Shown here: positions 23,695 through 37,326 of the stretch, piece after piece
Numbering within the stretch: the stretch's first letter is position 1
Layout: each line of letters starts with the position of its first letter
DNA from: Lingula anatina
Lineage: Eukaryota; Animalia; Brachiopoda
Direction: 5' to 3'
DNA length: 64,000 nt
NCBI GenBank assembly: GCA_051362555.1
Contig: CM120643.1
Location: 24,804,848-24,868,847, forward strand
Translations under genes and position numbers: made by a program
Notes under the pieces: model-generated
The model's database searches: none
Seen by the model: only the letters and a program-made list of their open reading frames with translations
What the model was told of the DNA's origin: nothing

Positions 23695-24866
23695 TAAAAA
23701 GGGAAAAGGAAATAACATAAATTAAAAGAAGCAAAAATGACGCCGTGTGAATGAATGAAATACAATGACAGTGTAGTATAAAAATGAACTTCTCTGAAAT
23801 TAGAAAAGCCTTGGCATAACGTTTTGAACTTCCCTTTTCTAACCGATCTCTCCATGAATTAAACTCTGAGACTTAACGAAGTAAGAATCCAAACAGACAA
23901 AATGACCTGTCGTCAGTTTATTCGTCAAGCACTTGGACTTACTTCAGGACCTAGATGTACATGTACAACCCGTTTGTATACAGTCAACGCTATTGACATG
24001 AAAACTGTAGGTTACTAGGGCGTACATTTCGTAGAGATACGGAAGGAAGCAGAATGCTTCGTGGGCGTAAATGTTAATTTTAAATATTCATCTTCGCTGG
24101 TAGGTTTAGCTTATTTTGCCGTTTCATCTTGTCACTGATACTTTACAAAAGTGATGCAAAGTAGTAATGCCTATTAACGGAGTTACATAAAAATAGTGAA
24201 AAAATAATCATAATAATTATAGTGATATGAAACTTATTAAACATTTTACCTGGCGGTAGCTTCTCCGCTTCTGTCGGCCTCGATAAAAATTTCATGTAAT
24301 ATCATAATCAGGCATGTTTGTGTAACATTCTGTTTAAGCTATACATTTTTCATGTCGGACTCGACAGCTGTGCATAATTCAAAACGCTATCAAGTTCTTT
24401 TGCACCTTAAACTCATAATTATTTTTGATTTTTTCTATTGAAAATTCATAACTGTAAGCAAGTATTCAAAGTTGTTATTTACAAAGAAAAGGAAAGGGCA
24501 AGGGCAAAATGAGAGAGGGCGTTTTAAATGAACTGGGGACAGCATGCAAGTAAGACCTCTAAGTCGCACTTCTAGTTGAGTTAGGTCGGCCAAACTTGGC
24601 GCGGCCCTTGTCTGTAGGTCGTCTGCGTATAATTAACTCGCTGCAGGAAATGATGCTGGGGGATGGCAAAAGGAACGACATCTTAAGGTGGACGGTCTTC
24701 TTAAAGTATTGGTTGGCCTACCAAGTAAGGTATGCCAAATGTGATTTAAAACACGGCGAAGATTTCAGAAAGATTGAACGTTTGCCACTCAAATCCTTCA
24801 AATATCAAACGAAATAAGTTAAGGGCCGCTATCATTTTTATTATATCTGAATACCGCTAGTTTATC

Positions 24867-24871
<5 letters not shown>

Positions 24872-24914
<43 letters not shown>
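24872..24914. repeat. (GA)n microsatellite
   Basis: Visible dinucleotide run. Confidence 0.95.
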
Positions 24915-24918
<4 letters not shown>

Positions 24919-27900
24919 AAAAGAAAAAAGAAAGAAAAAGGACACACAAATATAACCTTTGCAGTTCCTCATGGAGAGTGCTACTGCTATCTTAACGGTA
25001 GATATACCAAGAGTTCGGGAAAACTGAAGCGTTCTCGGTCACTTCTCTCACGGTGACAGCACGTTTATTTTATCGTAGTGCAACGACCCCATGGCTATCA
25101 AAAACATTTTCAAAAATAATTGCGTGGTGTAATTGCATTAGACCTAAATCTGCCAAGGTTTATTTCTATGGGCTCAGTCCCAATGAAACTATAGTTCTTC
25201 GTGGATTGTTCTATGTGGATCGATCCAACTCCGTAGGTGCAGTATAACTGTGGCATCATTGGGAATGATCCCTTCCTCTGTGAGTGATCTGAAGGTGACC
25301 TATGACCCGTAACGTCGTGTTTATCCGTTGTAACTGTCTCATAACGAGCGGATTGCGTGACAAGAACAATTAAAAACGCGAGACGATTGCAGGTGCATAA
25401 TGCATCAACACACCTGATATAAACGTGCCGCCACTGTGCCAGTTCCTAGCCGGACTATACCGCAGTCAACCTTCCTTATAACCTGTCGTGCGTGCGTAGC
25501 ACATCTGTTGACATTAATGGCACAATTAAGGAGACGTAACATAATTTCCCTGTAACAGACCTGTAATTATATACCTCAAGAAGCAACAGGTGCACGCGTT
25601 TCATCTGTCTACAGTGATTTGTCAATTATCAACACTCAGTCTGTTTACTTGTTTCATGGAGTTTTACCTTTGGTCACCTCTGTGTGATGGTCTGAAATCG
25701 TTTGTGAGATATCGTTCATCGTGTATCACGACCAAACTGTGGTTCTTGCGACCATTTTTCATTTTTTTAATAAGGACAAAACAATCACCACCAAGAACGT
25801 TCTCAGTATGGCTTAGCTGAACATGTCATTCAAAACCCGGAGACTTCTTCAAGCGTGATCAAGAGCTTAAAGCTCTTATTTTATGAATATTGACTTTTTT
25901 GATTAAGTGAAAAAAAAACAGGCTATTAGACACTTCAGAGGCCCTGCAAATACCCATTTACAATGCAAAAGAAAGCAATTTGATTTGAGGCTGTTAGTCT
26001 TAAATGATGTATTCTGTCATAATTTGCACGCGCAACAAATTATACGGAATTTAAACAATTCACCTCTTTTCACAGCATCAAGGCAATGTAACGCAGATAC
26101 CTTTTTCGAAAGTAAGAAAACAGTGTCGAGTCGGTTTAAAAAATCATAATGTAATACCGATATACTATTCTGTCTCATGGCAGTTACAGAAAAATCTAAA
26201 ATGAGGGAACATATCTGACATTTCGAAATTTTTTAAGCATTTATAAATTAAATTGCTACTGAGATATAATGTGTTATTAATCTGTTCTGAAAACTCACAT
26301 TGGGAATCAACAGATAAATGGAACTTTGGCACGTACAAGGGATATCAATTGTTCATTTTCTCAGAATGATTTCATTATTTTGATGAAAAATGTATAAGAT
26401 ATGATTTGGTTTAATAGAAATACACCGCTATGACACACGAGAAGCAGTCAATTCTATATTAGCAATGCTGTGACATTCGTCTCAACACGTTTATTTATTT
26501 AAAGCAAAAACAAACTGTAATTACAATACAGGCGTGTTCTTGTTATCTGAGTCTAGCAGTTTTCCTCCTCAGTGCCATAAACCGAAGAGTTGTATTTCAA
26601 TCAATTCTTTTCAATTTTTGAAAAATAAAAATCCAGTTTCCTGCCTTCCTCATTCGTGATTTTCGTTTCCTGCTTCTATTCACTAATTGCAATTTGATAG
26701 GACTTTTAATTTTAGATAGAACGTACTATCAGCATGTTTTTATTAGTTATTACAGAAGGTGAGCCCAATGAGGATATCAGTGTTATTAATAGGACTGGTT
26801 GCGCAATGTAAGGCACCCAGTTTGAAATTTACATCATTCATTGCTCTCGGAAATAACTAAAAAATCAGAACACTATTCTATAAAAGCTTGTTTAAACATT
26901 TTTCACTGGAATTCACTTCTTTGCAGGATTTAGTCTTCTTTGAATTTCAGTCATTTTCTCCATATAAGCAGCTAACACAATGTGCTGTAGATAAAGTATA
27001 AAGTTTTCCTTTTTTCAAGTGAAAATTTTCTTTAAATGGTAATCCCATCAAGTGTGTGTAAATTTGAAAAAACAAAAACAAAAACAATTGATATTGCCAT
27101 CATGCCTTTTGGACCACGTCCAACGACTACTGACATTGCCTCCAAAGACAGACTCTAACAGCGCCTTTTTTACTTTTATATGGGAGGAAAAAATGAAAAA
27201 ATGAACTTTCACCAATTTCCCGTCATTACCAGGTTAGTAAGATTGTTTTCAATAATACAACTCAGGATGAGGCACGCTTTCAGTTTAAAAAATCAAAGTA
27301 TGACAAAAACCATTGCCCTCGTTTTTTAAGATTCGGAATTTTATCTTCGACTATACCAAGTGGGACTGCTTTCCACAAATGATGCTTTACTGCTCATACA
27401 GGACATTTTTCCTCATGCAGGCTAAATAAGATTGGTAGTGACAGAGGGTACTAAGCAAATCTAAAGATACAAATAGATGTGAAGATCAAGCTGGGCAGTC
27501 GGTAATCTTTTGTACACCAGACGTCAGGTTTTATTTCATTTGTAAAATCATTTTATCCTAGTCCAAGTCTGACATGTTACGTTACATAAGCTGTCTGTAT
27601 GTTATATAAGCTGTAAGTTACTGGTGAATGTTTGAATGTTGAACAGCAAAGTGATCGTTCTGATTCATCCAGTGATATTAAACTAAGATAATGAAAACTT
27701 ATCAAGACATTCAGCGTCGGTTACAACTCAAAATTAGTTCACCTGAAGAAAGCCTCGTGATATGTCGAGACGACGTGATCTCTTGTTTCAACGTTAGATC
27801 CTGTATTAGAATAAATTGACATCAACATTTAATACCCGTTGACGTCACTACACGTTTCCTTTTTAATAAATGAAACTAATCTAATGCTGAAATCTGGTTG

Positions 27901-28598
27901 CGTTTCCTTTCACATGTAAAATCAAACATGACATCCCCCAGATCGCGTGTTGTAATAAGTTTTATTCAAAACCGCGTAAAATAAAGAAGCGTCAATGCAG
28001 TCGTTGTTGTTTTCTACCTGTGAGGTACCAGGCAATATATAGCCTAGTTGAACAACACGTTTAATGCCGTATTTGGCCATCAAATGAAATAACATGAAAC
28101 AAAGAGGTAATTTATAAAAACAATTTTATGAAAATCGTGTAGTTGGTAAGCTCCAATAACAATGTTTAACGTACACTTACATTTTCTGTGCGTACACCGT
28201 AAGTTTGTCCAACTCTTTTGTATAACGATTATACCTTAGATAAACAATATTTACCACGACAGAGTTCAACTTTCACAAGGTGTTTTGACTTGGATTCTCT
28301 CTTGTTTATAAATAATGAGTATACGCGACTTTAAACCTCTTCTCTGTTGTTCCACTCACCGGAAGTCACCAGGTCAGAATATAAACTTAAACATAAAACG
28401 CACATCATTTTAATTAGAGAAATTAATGAAAAAAATGACATAACAACATATTTACTGTATTCTGTCTGTTAATAGACAGGCGACTGAAGGCGTGTTTTAA
28501 GTAATGAAAACAATTGATACAGCCCAATAGCGGCTGGTTCGACTGGTGATTGGTCGTAAATCAATTTTCTAGTATTATTAATATTGCTATGCATCCTA

Positions 28599-28755
28599 GG
28601 CCCCATTCAGAATAACCAGTACGAGGGCCAAACATGGCCCACTTGAATACTTCCCTATGGGATATCTATTCAGTGTCTATTAGCGGATAAGAATGCAATC
28701 TTTTTAGTGGGTCGCCATATTTGACCCTCGGACTAGTTAGTACCCTATTCGGCCC
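28599..28755. mobile_element. Degenerate palindromic MITE downstream of the GPCR
   Basis: The arm taaccagtacgagggccaaacatggcccact is an imperfect inverted repeat of agtgggtcgccatatttgaccctcggactagtta; termini GGCCCCATTC...GGCCC. Confidence 0.5.
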
Positions 28756-29090
28756 TATACTCTCTGGGTACCAATGCAATATATACACAATACAAAAGGT
28801 GTAAATCACAATAAGAATATATCAATGTATACAAAGTTATGTATATGATTTAAAATGTGCTCTGACGTATATGTATATAACATCTCGAGCCAGTTTGTTA
28901 TATGGCTGATGTCCTTAATTTCAGTTTCAGTTTCGTTTTCCAAGTGACCACACATGTTCACGGCCTTTGGTCACCATTAGGGACTTTCCGGCGTCCTCTG
29001 CCAGTTACAATATCACTTCAAGCTATATCACATTTAATCTGAAACTCTAATCTTTAATTTTCTCTTCGACATGTTATGCATTGGACACAT

Positions 29091-30239
29091 TCATACACGA
29101 CTTCCCTCACACGAATCATTGGGAAACTTCAAGTTGACGCTCCGGTAGCTTCGGAAAGAGCCTCCGCCGCGGGGGATGCTTACCTCTCCCGGTTCATAAT
29201 TAAACCTAAAGAACGGCAAATAGTTCTTCACAAATTTCAAAACCATGTGCTTCATTGTCCGTCGGAACGATCTGTTGATGATGCAGTAGAGGATGAAGTT
29301 GATGGAGAAGTTGACTGACTGCATAAAGTTTGTGATGACTTCTACGGACATGTAGGCATGGCTGAATTGTAGCGTACTGTCCAGCAGGACTACCTGTTTG
29401 ATGAGTTCGGAGGGCGCCACGAGAGTGAGAAACAAAATCACAATGATGATCAACGTGAGGGTTATCTTGTTGTTCGATTCCTTCACGTGTTTTCCGTCTT
29501 TATAGCCACCGTACTGCCTTCTGAGGACGGTGGATTTCCTAATCCCCCGCACGAGACACACGTTCGCGTACACCAGTATAACAAGCGGCAGCAAGTTGCC
29601 AAAGATTGCCCAAACACCTCTGTATGCTTGGTCGAATGTGTCGGAAAAAATTATTTGTTGGTCCAGTCTAAAGTATGTAACATTACCCGGGCATTCTACA
29701 GTCTGTATAGTGTACCTCCAAAACACTGGAATGTTAAAAAGGACAGAGAAAAGATAAATAAGACCGATCGTGAGGCGGGTCCCTTTCATGCTGAGCATAT
29801 ATCTCGATTTTAAAGGGTGGCAAATGGCCACGTATCTTTCCACTGCGAAAACGACGGTCACCCAAGTGCTCGTCATGATGAATATGTTGATGACCGCGGC
29901 ACAGTTTTGAGTGTAGTACAACAGGAATCCCTTCTTTTCGAAGACCATCTCCAGTGGCACGAAAGTGGTCATGAAGGCAGAGATACAGAAGAGCAAGTCG
30001 GAGCTGGCGAGAGCGATGAGGTAAATGCTTGCAGCCTGCTCCATTTTCATTAGAGACGTTTGCAAGCGTTTCTGATTGAGCACCGCCAAATTTAAGACGT
30101 TTCCCAAGAAACCAAACACGCAGATCATCGGCAATCCAAAATGGTAGAAGATGTGGTATATCTGCTCGTACACTCGCACCTCCAGTGTTTTGTTCTGGTC
30201 TATACTGTCCGACATGTTCGATATGTTCCCGCATGGCAT
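29091..30239 (-). CDS. Class A (rhodopsin-like) GPCR, FMRFamide/sex-peptide-receptor-like, 382 aa, single coding exon
   Basis: Seven hydrophobic segments; TM1 GFLGNVLNLAVL, TM2 LASSDLL, TM3 VERYVAICHPLK, TM4 NIPVFW, TM5 NLLP, TM7 NFSINFILYC; N-terminal sequons NIS/NMS/NKT. The first ATG is at 30239; the ORF-track start at 30311 is a TTG. Confidence 0.93.
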   Translation of the reverse strand: MPCGNISNMSDSIDQNKTLEVRVYEQIYHIFYHFGLPMICVFGFLGNVLNLAVLNQKRLQTSLMKMEQAASIYLIALASSDLLFCISAFMTTFVPLEMVFEKKGFLLYYTQNCAAVINIFIMTSTWVTVVFAVERYVAICHPLKSRYMLSMKGTRLTIGLIYLFSVLFNIPVFWRYTIQTVECPGNVTYFRLDQQIIFSDTFDQAYRGVWAIFGNLLPLVILVYANVCLVRGIRKSTVLRRQYGGYKDGKHVKESNNKITLTLIIIVILFLTLVAPSELIKQVVLLDSTLQFSHAYMSVEVITNFMQSVNFSINFILYCIINRSFRRTMKHMVLKFVKNYLPFFRFNYEPGEVSIPRGGGSFRSYRSVNLKFPNDSCEGSRV

Positions 30240-31995
30240 TTTGAATAGCGGAGTTCTAACAGACGTCGCCAAATACCATCCATCCGAGTGGACGGACCAT
30301 TTTGCTAACAAAGTTGAAGTAAATTCACGCCAACCTTACGTTTGCTTTACAAAAAAAGCCCTTATTAACGTTTTGGTATGCAGGTTTCAAAAACCAGTTC
30401 GACCAAGGGATAAAACACAACGCAGAAGTGTCCACTTCCTCATATCTAGTGAGTATCACGCCTAAGGTCTCGTGGAATTTAAACCTGCGCAAAAGCTAGT
30501 GTCAAATGATTCTCCCCTTTTAATCCGACCATTTCTTTGGATCTCTCCCAACTGAGGATATTCAATCCCACATATTCGCCTGTTATGACACACCGTTGTC
30601 AGGAAGAGGATTGGATGATTCCTGTGTTTAATGAGCAATTTTCATGTCAAACGTATCATTTGCGACAACGTATACTGCAGGTAGTGAGGGATACACCTAG
30701 CAATAATATGCTCGTGTTCCTAAATTAATCAAGTCGATGAATTATTTTTTGTGGTTAAAAATATTCTAAAATTCCAGACAATCGTGCTAATCTTTTGCAA
30801 TCCTATCCTTCTTTTAGCAGAAGAATATCATTTTCTTTTCTTTTCCTTCGAGGGGTGGATGACAGCCGACTTCAATGTGTCTTAGCTTTTTGTCCTTGGC
30901 AATCGTTCGAAAAGTAACATCAGATTTCGCTGAAAGACAAAAGATACAGATTTGCCATTATTTCATTGCGTCACACCACTTACAGCGTGAGGATTGTCAC
31001 TGCGACAGTAAAAAAGTTAAAAAAAAAATAAATAAAGGCACATTTAAAGACTTAACAAAGAATTGATTGTATGATAAAGCGAGTCAACATAGTTTAAATC
31101 GATCTTTTATACATTTCCTTTTTTAACCAACAAAGTTTTTTTAAATTAAACAAGAAATTGCCGAATAAAACATTGTTTTAGTGTTTCCTAGCACGATTAA
31201 ATAAGAAACAATACAAGGATCAAAACTTCCCTAAACACAGTAGATTTTTTTCATTTCATTTTTTTAAATGAAGTCAACCTGCAATCGAATGGAAGTTCTT
31301 GTAAATAACATATAATGTACATTTCCTGCCTCCTTCTTGAGTAGCATTTTTCTTATTATTTCAAAGAAATTTGTAATTGATTGTAATGATTTCTAAGAAA
31401 TAGGTAACGTGAGAGGATTTTTTCCCTTTCACTGACACCTTAACCAGGACGAAACTCCATTAAGACAAACCCTTTAGATTAAAACATAACATGGGATTTA
31501 AACATAGCATATGGTGCTTTTTTTCCCTGAAATTTGATTTTAATTGAAAAGGGATAATCGCAGCGGTAGGCAGTGTAATGTATGACGTCAGAGCTAGATC
31601 CACGAAGTATAGAATAACATGCAAAGTAGCTCGTCGCCTTGCTTTGAAAATGCACTACGCACAGAATTGGGACCAGTATAATTTCAATGCGATTCTTTCT
31701 TATTGAGACACATTGGGATTTGCCTTTTATTTCAGCCGAGGAGACAGCAGAATCAATAAGCCATGATACGTGCCTGGATGCTTTGTTTGCAAAATGTCTT
31801 TTGAAAATATGCGGTGCTGTTTTTTATATATTTGTTTTTAAACAGAGGGCGGTCTCCCCAAGCTTCACGTGGAGCAAGAATTGTGGTATTGTGGTACAGC
31901 TTATCAGGCGGGACTGGCATAATGGATACACCTGAAAACCATATATTTAGGGTCTATTTTTAAAAAAAGTCTGCAAAATTTTTGTGTCTTAGACC

Positions 31996-32031
<36 letters not shown>

Positions 32032-35000
32032 AGTCTGCTCCGTCGTTTTTGGCTCTTTTGACCGAGGCCCTCAGAGCACAAGTACATTTATTGTAAGCCA
32101 ATCTGTTTTAGAAGATCTCAGACCAACATCACAAAATAATCGTTCTGTAGTAGGTTATCTGATTTAAGCAGTCTCAGCTTAGACCGAGATATTTTGAGTG
32201 AAACAGGCATCGGAGGCACAGTAATAGGCTGGTAAGGGTAGTGACGTCACGTGCAATAGGTCTAGAGGCCCGGGTGACCCGAGTTATTGCGAGCCGGCCT
32301 CCAGTGAGGGCACACTGCATTTCAATGACCTTTTTGTCGGACGGCCTTCTCGTCGGCCAGCCAAGTCCAAGTTAAAGATCCCCAGAAACTTGGCACCTGT
32401 TGTCTTCTTTTGAAGCGCAAACCATTTAGAGGTTAAACCAAGGTATTGAAAGGTTCAGGGTCGCGTTTTTTGCGTGACGCGGCTGTTAACTCTATAAAAA
32501 TGAAGCTGCGAAGCGCGTCAAGTTGACTGTATGGGTGAACTTGAATGCTCCCAATGGTACTAAGAAAGACTCAAACTGTGCCAATAGCAAGGGCAGTCAG
32601 TTTCATAGCATTCTAAAATACACAAAGAATGTAAAACTTTCATCCAATTGGAGGCTGCAGTTCTGGAAGCAAGGATTTTTGTGTTCATCATTGTGTTCAC
32701 TTATGAAAGGTCTTGTTACTTCGCACGCGGGCTTTCTGTGTGTGTGTGTGCGCACGTGCGCGTGTGTGACCCTCATTGTTTTGTCACATATTCACCAGTG
32801 GTCCATTAAAATACTCATGTTCTTATACCGTTATCAATATCACACCGACGTCAACCCTGACTAAGTGTGCCAAAGTAAACCAAGTAGTTCTTCTAAGTTT
32901 ACATATAATCTTTGGTTGAACCCGAAGTGACAACGTACTTGGAAATATCCCCATGGAACAAGTATCACACCTTATCACCCGAGGCGTGATTTACTTCAAT
33001 AATTTCATTTTGATATATGTTGTCATCATGTTAAATGTTTACTGCTACTCTGACAAGAACCGAAGCCTTGTCATTTCGGTATTTTAAAGGCAAAGGCAAC
33101 AAAATAGAAGAAGAAAAAGAAGAAGAAAAAAGAAGAATATATCGTAATCTCTGTTTGCATCTATACCGAGAAAAATTGCAGTTCCTTTTTCGAAGTTATG
33201 TTTTTATGCAATTTTCTGTAACTTACGGACCCTCAAAGAAAGTTAATAAGTAACTTTAAATTGAACTCTAAAGACTTACGAAAGTTGATTACCTTTTATG
33301 TTACATCCGAATATTGCATTTGACATAAATGAAGATGGTTTTTCATTTGTTCTAGTACAAAATTTATATGAATAAAATAAGTGAAATGACCATAAAATCA
33401 AATACAATTATTAGTTCACGGAGATTTAAGTTTATAAGATTATAATGCAGTGATTATATTGACGATGAAATTTACCTGCCGTTTACGAATTGACTTTCCA
33501 CGGATCACAGGTGAACATTTGCGACCGCTCAGTCGACTGCTTAGTTCGGATTCGACGGTAAGATATCGCCTACATACACTAACTTAAAAAAAAACACCTT
33601 TGTCTTCAGTACGTACGTGGACATTTTTTTCGGAGGAAATACTGTCAGGTCGAAGGCATTTGCCAATGTACACGAAAAAGCGAGAAGATTTTACAGGTTT
33701 CGAGAATGTGAGAAATATTGAGTTTCCGAGAACACGACCTCTGGTTAACAAGTACGCAATAGCCTTGTAGGTAAACCGTACAAATGCTTTGTCTTACGCA
33801 CACATGTGACAGCCTGTTTTATTACCTTAGAGCCCTATTACGCAATCACAGGCTGTTGTCTACGTGCTGAAAACGTTTACATGAGATTTCTAAGGAGTTA
33901 CATTTCTAGTTAACACTGTTGTTACATTCGTGTACTTAATAAATGAAAATGTTATGCTATTGGTAGACATCAATTCCATTGCTTTAGGCCTGGTAAACAA
34001 CATGATTTTCAATTTATCTGTAATTTTAGAAATGTCATAAACGCGCTATTTCATAATAGCTGGTCCTTCGGAAGACTTGGCAACAATTGTTGTTTGCCCG
34101 TCGGAGAATAATTACGATTCTTTAGAATACAACTGATAATAAGAAAAAATGACAGTACAATCTGTAATATGAGGTTGAAAAGAAACCTCTAAGGAATGAG
34201 CAAAAATGTTCATTGCTCCAAGGAATGGTTTTCACTAATTTTGTTCAGCGAAACAAATTTCCGACACAGAAATGATTATAATAATTATTACCTTAATACC
34301 GCAAACATCCATTGAAACTCGTCGCTTACACATGCGGGGGTATGTAAGGCATTCAACAGACTTCCTCTTAGAAATTATATTGCTGAAATAACACCCATGG
34401 GTAATATATATATAGCAATAACGCAAAGGCAAGACGTCATGATAGACCCTGAAAATAATAATTAGACATTCCGTCTTACCAGTTAATCCTATGTTAATTA
34501 TTCTATAAATCCCATTGGCCATGACCTAACTTTTCTTGACAAAATAAAAAAAAATGAATCAAAGACTAACCTACTGACTAATTCCTTCAACCAACTTGTT
34601 ACTGTGTTACTAATACTGCAGTTTTGCTAAAATCACCTTATCGTTTTTACATTTGCTAGTGCCTGTTCTTTTTCTTTCTTTCTTTCTTTCTTTCATTTAT
34701 AACCCTCATAGAACGCAAATCTAACCAATGGAAGGAGATACCTGATTTGCTCCTCTCATAAATCTTTTTTTAATCATTTGTTTTTTTTTGGAATTATTGG
34801 CTGCTCTATGTACGTAAGTGATGACAGGCAATACGTGTATCGCAGGATATTGGTTCCCTGCGACCAGGATACTGAATGGAAGCTACGTCAAGAAGGTGCT
34901 CTTAGGTTAAAGTTGATTGCGTAATAGGAAATCACCAGCACGAATATATTCGAAAATACTCAAGTTGAACAGAATATATAGCATGTTCTACGGACGGTGG

Positions 35001-37248
35001 TTTCAAGTAATAAGCTATCCTGCTCTAGAAGCCAATATCCTAAACTCTATTCGCTTCAGTTTGCAGCAATATCGTTAATCGTTCCAGGCACCTTTTCCTT
35101 TCCAGGGTATTGTTTCTCCAGTTATCATTATCAAAATGTTATGAACCGTACCATGACTGTTCATGTAAAAATTTAATATCCTTGCATCTACCGTAAGCAG
35201 TTTATTAGAAGCAACAGAGAAAAAAAACTCAAATATGTAGAGGAAAGGATTTGATGCGGTTCAACTTAGACACTGAGTGGTACCCATTTCCGCTAATCTA
35301 ATTACTTGGGCTTGCAATGAATCTAAACTTAATGTTTCCAACAATTCTTTTTTTGGCGCATATTCTTCTTAGAGTTTTGTTTATTACACACTTTGAAATA
35401 ACCCAATTCTTTAATTTTGAACTTAACTTGCACATATTGCTTTCACTGACATTGCTTAGGGGATGGAGGGAGGGGGGGATTCGTTGGTGTTTGCCTCGTT
35501 TTGCTTGCTATTCTTCTTTTAGGGGGAGGAGAAGGGGTAAAGTGGGAACCTCGGTAGTATAGATGGGGGCAGGTGCCTTGTAGCTTAGGCCGCATTCAAA
35601 CCAGTTGATCCGCGGACTAACAGATCCGCGGATCAAATATGGCCGACCCCCTTGAAAGTCTGATCAATCAGACAAAAAATCCCTAAATAGACACTGAATG
35701 GTTTACCCTCGAGGATTACCTTCCAAGTGGGTTTGGCATATTTGATTAGCGGATATTTATGCGAGATAGGGCCATTAACCTTGACCAGTTGTACAATGAA
35801 GGTGCCCTGAACTACCATAATTTGTCTGTGTACATCCTTGGCGGAGGTCTGCGCTTTTCGAGTGATATTCTAGTTATCATACACTCTTATTCTATTTTAA
35901 CGCGCCTCCTTCCATTTCTTTGACTTGTCTGTAAGGAATTGGTTCAAACCCGGGTAGCATGTCTCCAACTTAAATCTCGCCTGCCGGGGTAACTGTCTTA
36001 CTACAGTATTACTACAGGTCACATGAAGAGAAACTGTGGAAATCGAATACGATGAAAATAAAATAAAAAAATCCCAAATGCTTAGGTAAATTATATACAA
36101 TTTTGATCAGATTTCCATACACTGCAATGGATTTTTAATTGAATTTCGTCACCAGTGTATTAGCTAGAACAATTTCGTGGCTGATCTTAGAAAGGACCGC
36201 CCATATGTTATATCTATACATTATGTGAAAAGGTTTGATTGCAACTAACACATTACTCGTAATCCACCAGCATCTTTTACGAGTATATAAATCAAGAAAA
36301 ACACGCAGAAAATATTCGCTCATGATTAATTTTATAGTCAGGGCAGGCAAGGCGCTGGTTCATATAACGCCCGTTAGATGTCGCATGTGTATCTCCATTT
36401 CATACCCATTGCGTTTTGTAAATTGGCAAGATAAATTTATTTTGAATATATAAGGTTTAGTGGATTAGTTCATTGTTTTATTTGGCTTCGAACTAAGGCA
36501 AATGTATATACACGTAATAAATATTAAACCACCGGGTATTTCTCTGTTAGGCCAAACGGTTTTGGAGTGGTACTATTTGTGCTATTCGTGCCGTCACAGG
36601 GCGAATATATTTGCTTTACGTATGGTCATTAACTCATAACGGATCGTCGGATCTAGAGAGACAAGTTCAGAGCTAATACTTTCCGATTTTATAAGGCATA
36701 CGTTGCTTCACACGCAATTATCTTATGTTACGTGAAGAGACCTTAAAAACGCGTTTTATTGGCGAAAAATGCGCTATTGAAGTATACAACAATGGCCTTT
36801 TCGATATCTTCCCCCTTATTGCCCTTTCCGAACTTTTCAGTTCAATTAAAACTCTATCTTTAAATATGTGTTTTCCATCACTTTCTTTACGCTTCGTTAG
36901 GTGTGAATGAAATCTATTTCCCTCTCCAGTCAATATGGAAATGGTCGCATGACAAGACCTCACAATTCAATCTCTTAAAACTCATACAGTTTGTCTGCTT
37001 TCACATTGCATGCGACGGACAAGTTGAATTGTTCGGCGCTTTAAATTAAAGAAAATAAATAATCTACAAATTGCACCATAGTTCAATGACATTTTCCGTA
37101 AGCCTTCCACTTGGTGCGGCCTTGAATCAATGCCTATTTGAATCATCTAGTGGTTCAAGTGGTGTCCAGTTTCTGGTTAATAACCTTGTCCCAGACTGTA
37201 GGAGCCCCTAATCAGACCAACATCATATTTTCCAACGGGATTTGACCA

Positions 37249-37326
37249 CCAGGGGTCTCTGCAGGTTGTTACAAAATTAAATGAAGCCTTTCATCCAATT
37301 GTGTAACAACCTACAGGGACCCCTGG
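37249..37326. repeat. 78-bp imperfect hairpin
   Basis: CCAGGGGTCTCTGCAGGTTGTTACAAAATT pairs with AATTGTGTAACAACCTACAGGGACCCCTGG. Confidence 0.8.

Noticed and set aside
29076-30465. Overlapping ORFs on the other frames and strand of the GPCR
   Set aside because: Expected by-products of a GC-richer coding region; no independent protein features.
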